From assembly GCF_902652985.1 (NCBI RefSeq), contig NC_047025.1, forward strand, positions 38,874,001 through 38,938,000: a stretch of 64,000 bases of DNA, given 5' to 3'. Under the pieces are notes generated by a model. That model did not search any database. It was given only the letters and a program-made list of their open reading frames with translations, and was not told where the DNA came from. Position numbers and translations under genes: made by a program. Shown one piece after another: positions 40,601 through 52,600 of the stretch (its first letter is position 1; every line of letters starts with the position of its first letter). The stretch is from Pecten maximus (lineage: Eukaryota).

Positions 40601-43600
40601 GTCCTGAAATGGACCTGTAAACCACCTACACATATACTTACATTGTCCTCTGCTTTACATCTTTCCTGATCAACATTCAAGAGGTCAACATCAAACTTTT
40701 GTAAGGCTAGATCCTTTCTTGCCATTTCTGCCTCTAGCTCCTTGATGCTGGCGTTGAGATTGGCTATCTGCTCTTCTCGGGACAATAACTAAGATAAAAA
40801 AAAAAAAAAATACTTTTTGAAATACTCAACATTAAAAAGCCTCAGAAAACAAATGATATCTGGTTAGAAAGCAGCCTTTTCATAAAATACATGTTTTTTT
40901 TTGGTTTTATTTTTTTACATTAAAGACTTAAAAGTTAGTTTGGTGATCGATCTACCTGCCCTTGACCAGCTTAACAAGTGTTGACCTTGACTTGTCAGAC
41001 AGGTGTTGACCTGGATGTGTCAGACAAGTGTTGACCTTGACTTTCTGACAGGTGTTGACCATGACTTTCTGACAGGTGTTAACCTTGACCTGTCAGACAG
41101 GTGTTGACCTTGTCTTGTCACACAAGTGTTGATCTTGACTTTTTAATTTCTGACAGGTGTTGACCTTGACCTGTCTGACAGGTGTTGACCTTGACCTGTC
41201 TGACAGGTGTTGACCTTGACCTGTCTGACAGGTATTGATCTTGACCTGTCTGACAAGTGTTGAACTTGACCTGTCTGACAAGTATGACCTTAAACTATAC
41301 CTGTGAAGTGGTGTGTGATAGTTTTTCATGAAGGATGTTGACCTCTGCCTTCAGTCTGTGTATTTCCTCTTCTTTATCAGCCACCTCAGACTTGAAATAC
41401 GTGTCATGTTGGCTAGCAGTCAAATTACGCTCCTGAACTTCAGTTTGTAGGCGGTCAATCTGAACAATAAATAAACTCCCTGAGTACTTGTTACACAACA
41501 GTAAGTACTAAATCTAATGCCATCTGTTAACAAGTCAGACAGTATAAAAATATCTATACTGACCTCACGACACTGGCTGGAATAGCGACTGTGGGCCTGC
41601 TGTAAATCCTGGTCCATAGCCTCCATCTTTCTCTGAAAGTCTTGACCCTGGTGATCAGAATAAAACATGTCTTAGACGTTTTTGTCTCAAAATTATTACA
41701 TTCCAAATTTTCAACTTGGAATACGCATAACTTGAAGTGGGTTCCTATGACCCATATACTGATCCTTGACTGGGTCTATGTGACCTATATGCTAACCATT
41801 GACTGGGTCTGTGTGCCCTATATATTGACCCTGGCCTGGGTCTGTGTGCCCTATATAGCTATATAGTGAACCTGGACTGGGTTTGTGCCCCGATATGCGG
41901 ACACTGGCCTGGGTCTGTGTGCCCTATATATCTATGTACTAACCCTGGCCTGGGTCTGTGCCCTATATATCTATGTACTAACCCTGGCCTGGGTCTGTGC
42001 CCCAATATACAGACTCTGGCCTGGGTCTGTGTTCCCTGTATATCTATGTACTCACCCTAGCTTGGGTCTGTGTTCCCTGTATATCTATGTACTCACCCTA
42101 GCCTGGGTCTGTGTTCCCTGTATATCTATGTACTCACCCTGGCCTGGGTCTGTGTGCCCTATAATACTGAACCTGGCCTGGGTCTGTGTTCCCTGTATAT
42201 CTATGTACTCACCCTGGCCTGGGTCTGTGTTCCCTGTATATCTATGTACTCACCCTGGCCTGGGTCTGTGTGCCCTATATACTGAACCTGGACTGGGTAT
42301 TTGAGACATATATAGCTATATATTGACCCTGGGGGCCTGTGTGACCTATATACAGACTCTGGCCTGGGTCTTTGTGCCCTATATACTGGGTCTTTGCGCC
42401 CTATATAGCTATGTAGTGACCCTGGCCTGGGCCTGTGTGACCTTTATACTGACCCTGGACTGGGTCTGTGTGCCCTATATATTGACCCTGGACTGGGCCT
42501 GTGCGACCTATATACTGACCCTAGACTGGTATTGTTTGACCTCCTCTCGCAGTTGTTTGATGACATCTCCCCTGTGCTGGGCTGTAGACAATGCTTCCCG
42601 TAGTTTTTCATCAACTTCTCGGTTCTCGTTCCTCAACTTCACTATTGTATCATGATGGTCCGCCACCTAAAATATTCCAGTGTAGATAGTTAAGGTCTTT
42701 GTTATAAATGCCTGTTAATACCAGGGCTTTCCTCTGATGGTGCTTGCATTAGTTCAAACTGTTGAGTTACAGCAGTGTTATTTATAGCAGATGTTATGTG
42801 TGTTTGAAAAAAGTAACAGAAGACATTAAACCATGTGAAACTCAACAAAGAATGTGTAAACAGTGAGTGTAGTAAAATATTAATCTTTGTTTGCCCTTCA
42901 ATCCAAATAAACAACATGAAATAAGCACAAAATTAAAATGCAACATTACATAAAATAACAACAACGATAAGTAGAAAATTAACTTAAAAGGACTATTTTA
43001 AACACAATCCATTTGTTTTTGTCATCATTATTATTATCATGACAGTATAACTACAAGAGATGTTAATTGTTAAGAGCACACTCCTCAACGTTTATACTGA
43101 TTAAATATATCACCCTGTACATAGGTACAACCAGGTTCAGTTAGAAATACGATCCTTTAAGAATTACTAGGTGTATGCTGGTCTCCAACTAAAATTTAAT
43201 CCAGGACAGTCTCATCCATCAGTTCTGTGTTAGGATACCTTCGTCCTGCATAAGGACATGTCACACTAGCATTCTATACATCAAGTTTGTTATTGGTGTA
43301 AAAGGCATGGAAAATGAAAGTAGAACATTAAAGGTAATGATGCTATACTAGACAAGACTATGGAATTAGATGTGAATTAAGCTATCAGATTGATATTTTA
43401 AAGACTTATGGGTAGTTGGTACAACCCAGTCATTGTGTGGTGTTACAAGAAATGTTTGGAGAGTTAGTCATGCTAATGGGTAAAACATGTAAACAAACTA
43501 GTTATACATAACAAATATTTTGTTACTTCTCAACAGAATTCAGCAAATTAGAAATGTTAAGTTAAAAAATTCATTTAAAATATACGGGAATGATAATAAT

Positions 43601-46600
43601 GAAAATACTGTTTTGTAGCAATATAGACATTCTATAGATGGCAGTACATGTATACAGTTGAGTTACCCCCACACACTTGGGAAGGAGATCCTCTGATGCT
43701 ATAGACATATCAAACAAATACAGCAAACAAAACATGAAAACATACAGCACTGTATCATCATTACATGGTAATTAATAAACTTGAAACAATCAAAATTGGA
43801 AATAAAGTTAAAATTACACTTAGTAATTAATTAATGAAATGAATAAAGTAGAAAAATATATTCCAAATCCATCCCTTTTAGTATTTTTCCTGCCTTTATA
43901 TTTAGATATGAATTTTGGCCCTTATATTCCCATTTGTATGATATTGTTTGGTTGAAATTATACAAGTAATCTTCAAATATTATTTTCTAGTGATGACAAG
44001 AAATCCATGCACCAATCTGTGTTTCTCATTTCCCCTTTTTCTGTTTTGGCTGCAAAAAAGATACCTCAATATCCACCAGATAACAATTTCCCAGAAATAG
44101 CCAGGAAAAGCACTGCATTTTTTCAAAATTAATCATTAGTTTTTTTCCACTAATCCCAAATGTAAATGATTTCAGTAATATATCTGCTGTGGGGTGTTAA
44201 TCAGATACCTTTATACACTCAAGATCAAAGCCATCATAAATCTAATCCTAGGTATCCTCCTTCCCATGTGACTGTACCTCAGACTCAGAATTAGACTATT
44301 TACCGTAATACACCCAATAAACATATATCATCCACTGACAATCAGAAATTGTCCAATCAAAGGTATAACAAATGTATAGGACAAATACATTTATTTTACA
44401 CCAAGTAGACCATTAGACTTAATTCATTCATAGTACGGGCGTTCAGAATTTATTACAGATTTAAAGTAGATCAGATGATATTTGTTTATTGGGCGAGTAA
44501 CGATATGAACATAGCGTCAAGATTGTGTACTGGCAAGCATTAATATCTATATAGACACTTACATAGTAGGTACCTCTGTAATTACTTAACTTTGAAAGAG
44601 ACACAAAAACACATTAGACACAGCTCAAGATTTGATCGCAGAGAAAAATATCTAACATACATATTGTAGGAAGTATTCCTGTTAAAACTTCAGAAAGAAC
44701 ACAAGAGGTTATGGACATGTACATAAATATTTCATATTATTTGAGTCATTAAAGTTTCATATCAAATTGAATTAAAATGACTCAAGTTTCCAGACACAAC
44801 ATTAAGTGTTGGAATTTGTACAGATTACTGACTTCTGATGCATTCACTTTACTCTTGACCTAAAATCTATATTGTCAGTGTCACATTTGTCTAGGGTGAC
44901 TGAAGCAAACAGTGCTGACAGTCACTGAAGGTTTATTTGAGGATTTTGGTTTCTAGCTTACATATTCTGTAAAGCGACAATGACAAACAGTGTGAGGACA
45001 AAGTCTGGAGTACTTACTTCTGAGGTGAGAGCATCTCTCGTGTCTTTGGAAGCACCTTGTAATTTTTGTAGCGTAGCTGTCAACTTCTGAACCTGCCAAG
45101 GGAGACAACTCTGTATGAATATGACATTCTCACACTGTGACTGTACCCTCCTACTGTGGAGGTACTTCTGGTTAGTGCCTAGTCAAGCTGGGAGAGGCGG
45201 AATATTCATGTAATTATTCCCATCACCAAGGTAACACAATGACAGTTAACTTATACATAACATGGGAAGGTAGCACAGGTACTTATAAAACAATTATATT
45301 ATTTAACACTTATAGGAAAACAACGGTCAATAAATACTATAATAACAATCAATATACATGCAATCAATGATAACTATTGGGATAACAATCTCATGCAAAC
45401 CATCTCAACAGTTCATATATAACTAATTATGTATCAGCAGTGCTTTTTGTCTATGATTCTGATCAAAAATTACTTTAATTAACAACGAATCAAAGCTGTG
45501 ACTATGAAGACACATACGTCAATGTGAACAAGACAAAGAGACATGGTATTTGTATGTCTAGTTATGAACAAAGGAGATGAATTTGCTAATATTAAAACAC
45601 AACACCACAACTCAAATATCATAACTTAGTATTACAGAGTTAGAAGTTACAAGGTGAGGAAAGGCATGCATTGGTATACTGGATCAAACAGGTGCTGTAT
45701 AAATGTATACAAGAATAATGGAGGTTAATCCTTCTGTAGCTATCGAGGAGACACATGCCTCCGTAGTTACATAGGTAAAGAGTGATCCTTCCCCCTGTAT
45801 CTACAGGGATAAGTAAGGGACCTGTCCCCCTGTAGCTACAGGGATAAGTAAGGGACCTGTCCCCTTGTATCTACAGAGATAAGTAAGGGACCTGTCCCCC
45901 TGTATCTACAGGGATAAGTAAGGGACCTGTCCCCCTGTAGTTACAGAGATAAGTAAGGGACCTGTCCCCCTGTATCTACAGGGATAAGTAAGGGACCTGT
46001 CCCCCTGTATCTACAGGGATAAGTAAGGGACCTGTCCCCTGTAGAGACAGAGATAAGTAAGGGACCTGTCCCCCTGTATCTACAGGGATAATTAAGGGAC
46101 CTGTCCCCCTGTAGAGACAGAGATAAGTAAGGGACCTGTCCCCCTGTATCTACAGGGATAAGTAAGGGACCTGTCCCCCTGTATCTACAGAGATAAGTAA
46201 GGGACCTGTCCCCCTGTAGAGACAGAGATAAGTATGGGACCTGTCCCCCTGTAGAGACAGAGATAAGTAAGGGACCTGTCCCCCTGTAGAGACAGAGATA
46301 AGTAAGGGACCTGTCCCCCTGTAGCTACAGGGATAAGTAAGGGACCTGTCCCCCTGTAGCTACAGGGATAAGTAAGGGACCTGTCCCCCTGTATCTACAG
46401 GGTTAAGTAAGGGACCTGTCCCCCTGTAGCTACACGAATAAGTAAGGGACCTGTCCCCTGTAGCTACACGGATAAGAAGGGATCCATCTCAGTGAAGCTG
46501 CTTTCTGTGTGATATCATGCAGCTGCAAGATTAAAGCTTTCTGAGAGAAACGGACTGTTAGAATTCTTTAGCAAAAAATAGACATTCCAGTAAGCAATTC

Positions 46601-49600
46601 AGCACATGCAAATTTTTTTCTCAGAATTGAATCTTTAAACTGCCAAACCAGGAGGTAGAAATAGACACATCTTCCATAAACTTGTGTGTGTGTAGTCTTG
46701 TTTGCCAAGGACTAACTGCCGATAAACAGACAAGGTCAAGCCGTACATGTTTTATATTCATGCAACACCAAAATTTAAAGTAACTAATGCTCTTCATTTT
46801 GAAACAAAAATATTAGTATTGAATATATTATCAAACAAAATAAACCCATCCAACAAGCGCACAAATATGTCTAGTCACACAAATGTTATCAAATATACAC
46901 AGTATCAAATTTAAACATGTTATACACATTTTTTTCCATGAAATAAACAGCAATCTGGATAAAAAAACCCATCAGTAAACTTTGTCCAGTTAAAGTATTA
47001 CTTCCACATCCAGCCCTGCGACCATGCACTTCAAGCGTTCTGTACAGGTTAGGGTTTACCATTCCAATGACGTTAACACTAATCACCATGTCTACCACAA
47101 TTTGTAAAAAGCACAAAACAAACATGCGCTGATATGTCTCAAACTTCTACACTTTTGACAACAGTTCACCAGTATCATTAGTTATATCTTTATAAACACA
47201 GAACAATTACATAATTTCCATCCTCCATAATTTCTTTCCTTCATCAATTAATACGATTTTTTGCCTTTGTTTTATGTTGGTGAGAATGGAAGAGGGAAGC
47301 GATTGAGGTGGGGTATTGCATTAAAATATATTTTCTGGCCTTAAATGCAGAAGTTTGAGTTTACAATTTGAGACAAATATTAAACAAATAAATTAAAAGC
47401 ACATGACAATGATTCCACGTGGATTTGGGAGTGTGACACCCCACCAGTGGACTTGGGAGTGTGACACCCCACCAGTGGATTTGGGAGTGAGACACCCCAC
47501 CAGTGGATTTGGGAGTGTGACACCCCACCAGTGGATTTGGGAGTGTGACACCCCACCAGTGGAGTCATGAAGCGAGAGGGAACAGCTTTGTTATATCTTC
47601 AACATTGCCCTCTAACCTGAGAAACAGATTCTGTGTTCTCGCCACGAATCATCTGCATCTCCCCCTCGGCCCTGGCCAGCTTTGAGATGTAGGTTTTTAC
47701 CTGTATTGCAAATTCACTCAAACATAATCACAACATCAAGGTGAAATGGACACCACTCGAAGGGGGAAACTCTAACATTCCAAGAAATAAATAAAAGCAA
47801 AAAAAACAAAAAAATAAAAAAAATCCATGCATATTCATTATGTTGAAAATATTTTATATTGATAATAGATTATTCTATTTGTCAATCACAATATCACTAA
47901 CCAAAGCATTCTTTATAACTTACTTTCAAAAATAAGATTTTTTAAAACTTCATGACATGTTATTTTTGTATTATTCCAATTACAGAGGAATTTCACCTAA
48001 ACAAATTTCAATTTATTCCAAACAATAAAAGATCAAAAGAAAGAGAAAAAATGATAAATATTCATCACATGAAAATGGAACAGACAAAGTTCAAACTTTT
48101 ATTTAAGCAAAAACAAAACAAATAGAAAAAAAGACATAACCTCAAACCAAAAATTAACAAAAATCAACACTGATGATAACTTGTATTATACCGCCACCAT
48201 GATACATCACACTATGACATTAACAGGCCTACATCATACATATATTATAGAATTACACTGTACATTAAACATCAATTACATCGTACATCCATTACAATCT
48301 ACTCATGCTGATATAGTGATGAACATGTAATTCCCGTGACCCATGCATATGTACCACAGCCAGTAAGATAGATATTCCTATATACCACTCCCAGTTTTCA
48401 GCAAATAACAACAACTAATTCTCTGCATAAATCCATTTCATATAAAGAGGATCTTACATGAATGGCTATGTCATATGGAATCTATTAAACAAGTTCAATG
48501 ATTAGATATGCCATGAGCCTTTAGACAAGTAAAAACTTTAAATTTTCGTTTCTGTATAAGACAGGCGAAATCTGGCTCGGATGGGACATTTCTGCCACCC
48601 AGACCATCATGTGATGTCACATATTTATCATGATGTCATAATAATGTTATTACACATGTGTCTTACAATATTTATGACAAGGCCGTATGACATGGCAGAA
48701 CTGGCCACTTATTTAAATTTTTTATGCAGACAAATTACATTCTTGTTAAGTCTGTTTTGATAAACAGTTGTACGTGACTCAACAGATTTATCTCAAAGTC
48801 TTATATAAATAATAACAAACAAACTGAACACTAATTATTGCTATCATTTAAGTAATCAAGTCCCACAGATAACTCTCAACTGTTTACCATCTTATATATA
48901 TTCATAACTTAAAAAATAAATTCCATCTACTGTTCAATATATATAGCATCTTAGTAACTATTAAATATTATTCTCAAAATTGTATAGCGTAAAACTACTA
49001 TATTTTTATCTAACAAAAAGCTATACAACTCCCATTCAGATTTACATTTGTATCTTGACTCCCAGTATCATAAATATTCCGAAGCCAAGTAACAAATTGT
49101 AAAGTGCCTCAGTTTATAATATCTACACAAAAATTTAACATGAAAACTAACAGATATTCACAAAAAAAAGGAAGTAAAAAAAGTGAAACATCATATTCTT
49201 TACATAGTTTATTCAATTGTTTAGAAAAACAAAATTACATGAGAAATATTGAATGATGAAAAAATGCTTTTTAAATTTCATGCTACAACAATCTTGAAAA
49301 AAAAGAAGAAAAAAAAAGAAGGCCAAAATCTCATTTAACAATTAAATGGTCACGTAACACAGTAATGTAACATGCTAGTGATGATTATTACTGTTCAAAA
49401 TTTTGTGAAAAATCGTAAAAACACCATCACAGGTGAAAATTGAAAAACTGAAAGCAAGACATAAATAGTTGAATTAGGAGATATTGGTGAAGCATACAGT
49501 ATAGTACATCACTACACCTGTGGTCCACCAGGTGGCAGCACCACCTACAGCAGTGAGACAGAAGCAGGTTAATACACGCTAATTGTGATCATACAAGTTG

Positions 49601-52600
49601 TACAGACTACCTGAGCTAAAGACTCTGCATGTTGCGTGCGCAGAGTTTGTAATTCCGCGTCCACTCTGGCCAGCTTGGTAACATTAGAAGTGGCCTGCAT
49701 AACAAATATTCTATAGAGGTTAGGTGTGGGAGATGTCACCCTTGGCTGGGACGTACATAATAGTTTATAGAGGTTAGGTGTGGGACATGTCACCCTTGGC
49801 TGGGACGTACATAACAGTTTATAGAGGTTAGGTGTGGGAGATGTCACCCTAGGCTGGGACGTACATAACAGTTTATAGAGGTTAGGTGTGGGAACATGTC
49901 ACCCTAGGCTGTGACGTACATTACAGTTTATAGAGGTTAGGTGTGGAACATGTCACCCTAGGCTGTGACGTACATTACAGTTTATAGAGGTTAGGTGTGG
50001 AACATGTCACCCTAGGCTGTGACGTACATTACAGTTTATAGAGGTTAGGTGTGGGACATGTCACCCTTGGCTGGGACGTACATAACTGGCTATAGAGGTT
50101 AGGTGTGGGACATGTCACCCTTGGCTGGGACGTACATAACTGGCTATAGAGGTTAGGTGTGGGACATGTCACCCTTGGCTGGGACGTACATAACAGTTTA
50201 TAGAGGTTAGGTGTGGGAACATGTCACCCTTGCCTGGGACGTACATAACAGTTTATAGAGGTTAGGTATGGGAGATGTCACCCTAGGCTGGGACGTACAT
50301 AACAGTTTATAGAGGTTAGGTGTGGAACATGTCACCCTAGGCTGTGACGTACATTACAGTTTATAGAGGTTAGGTGTGGAACATGTCACCCTAGGCTGTG
50401 ACGTACATTACAGTTTATAGAGGTTAGGTGTGGAACATGTCACCCTAGGCTGTGACGTACATTACAGTTTATAGAGGTTAGGTGTGGGACATGTCACCCT
50501 TGGCTGGGACGTACATAACTGGCTATAGAGGTTAGGTGTGGGACATGTCACCCTTGGCTGGGACGTACATAACTGGCTATAGAGGTTAGGTGTGGGACAT
50601 GTCACCCTTGGCTGGGACGTACATGACAGTTTATAGAGGTTAGGTGTGGAACATGTCACCCTTGCCTGGGACGTACATAACAGTTTATAGAGGTTAGGTG
50701 TGGGAGATGTCTCCCTAGGCTGGGACGTACATAACAGTTTATAGAGGTTAGGTGTGGGACATGTCACCCTTGGCTGGGACATACATAACAGTTTATAGAG
50801 GTTAGGTGTGGGACATGTCACCCTTGGCTGGGACGTACATAACAGTTTATAGAGGTTAGGTGTGGGACATGTCACCCTAGGCTGGGACGTACATAACTGT
50901 CTATAGAGGTTAGGTGTGGGACATGTCACCCTAGGCTGGGACGTACATTACAGTTTATAGAGATTAGGTGTGGGAGATGTCACCCTAGGCTGGGACGTAC
51001 ATAACAGTTTATAGAGGTTAGGTGTGGGACATGTCACCCTTGGCTGGGACGTACATTACAGTTTATAGAGGTTAGGTGTGGGACATGTCACCCTAGGCTG
51101 GGACGTACATAACAGTTTATAGAGGTTAGGTGTGGGACATGTCACCCTAGGCTGGGACGTACATTACAGTTTATAGAGGTTAGGTGTGGGACATGTCACC
51201 CTTGGCTGGGACGTACATAACAGTTTATAGAGGTTAGGTGTGGGAGGTATCACCCTTGGCTGGGACGTACATAACAGTTTATAGAGGTTAGGTGTGGGAC
51301 ATGTCACCCTAGGCTGGGACGTACATTACAGTTTATAGAGGTTAGGTATGGGAGATGTCACCCTTGGCTGGGACGTACATAACAGTTTATAGAGGTTAGG
51401 TGTGGGAGATGTCTCCCTAGGCTGGGACGTACATAACAGTTTATAGAGGTTAGGTGTGGGACATGTCACCCTAGGCTGGGACGTACATTACAGTTTATAG
51501 AGATTAGGTGTGGGAGATGTCACCCTTGGCTGGGACGTACATTACAGTTTATAGAGGTGAGGTGTGGGACATGTCACCCTAGGCTGGGACGTACATAACA
51601 GTTTATAGAGGTTAGGTGTGGGACATGTCACCCTTGGCTGGGACATACATAACAGTTTATAGAGGTTAGGTGTGGGAGATGTCACCCTTGGCTTGGACGT
51701 ACATAACAGTTTATAGAGGTTAGGTGTGGGAGATGTCACCCTTGGCTGGGACGTACATAACAGTTTATAGAGGTTAGGTGTGGGAGATGTCACCCTTGGC
51801 TGGGACGTACATAACAGTTTATAGTGGAAAGAGATGACTGTGAAGCGATAATAAGAAAATGTTAATGATTATATATACAGTGCATTCCACTTAATCGGGT
51901 AACGCTTAATCGGGTATTTCGTTTAATTGGGTAAAATTTTAAAAACCAAAACCATTTTCTCTTAAATCATGTTAAAAAAATTCGTTTAATTGGGTTGGAA
52001 AAGTCGTATTTTTCGGTTATTCGAATAGAACAATCGGGACAAAAAATAGAAATGCTCCGATTTTCACGAAAGTCATCGCGTATTTCTTTAAGTTTTAGAC
52101 ATTTATCAACAAATAGTGTAATTTTGATGGTTCAAATGTCAAAAAACAGTTAAATATTACCTTAAACGGTAATGTTATGTCGGGGTTTTGTCATGTTCAG
52201 AACTGTGTTGTTGTTGATTCTGCCTCGTGTGGTTTTTCCCCAACAGGAAGTCGACTAAGAATTGTGGGTAAAATTAAATGTTATTTTTAGAGTCAGCAGC
52301 AGGCAAAACGTAATGGGGTTTTAAAAGCATAATTAAGCGACTAGACAATTAAACTTTTACGTCTGGGATGTAAAATCTTCGAAGCAAAAACCAAAACAAT
52401 AGGTTTTTACCTGGGTCTGATATTGCTACAGATCGATTGATATCACCGCTTACTGTATGTGGCGAATCCAAAGTGAGGGGTTCGCCACGGGGAAATGTGA
52501 CGACACCGATACACAGGTGAGTTAAAAATCAGTAGCGAGCAGTAAAATGACAGACGCCCGACGTTAGCTCATAATTCCTATTCAGGTTAGGATTAGAACT

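Noticed and set aside
43239-43245. 7-nt microexon (gcag|GACGAAG|gtatcc)
   Set aside because: It would frameshift an otherwise all-phase-0 region and has a weak donor; likely chance.
48444-48820. Possible interspersed repeat relic starting AAGAGGATCTTACATGA
   Set aside because: Looks TE-like but has no verifiable termini or second copy in the window.
49711-51824. GGTTAGG as interstitial telomeric repeat
   Set aside because: One partial motif per 54-bp unit, not (TTAGGG)n.
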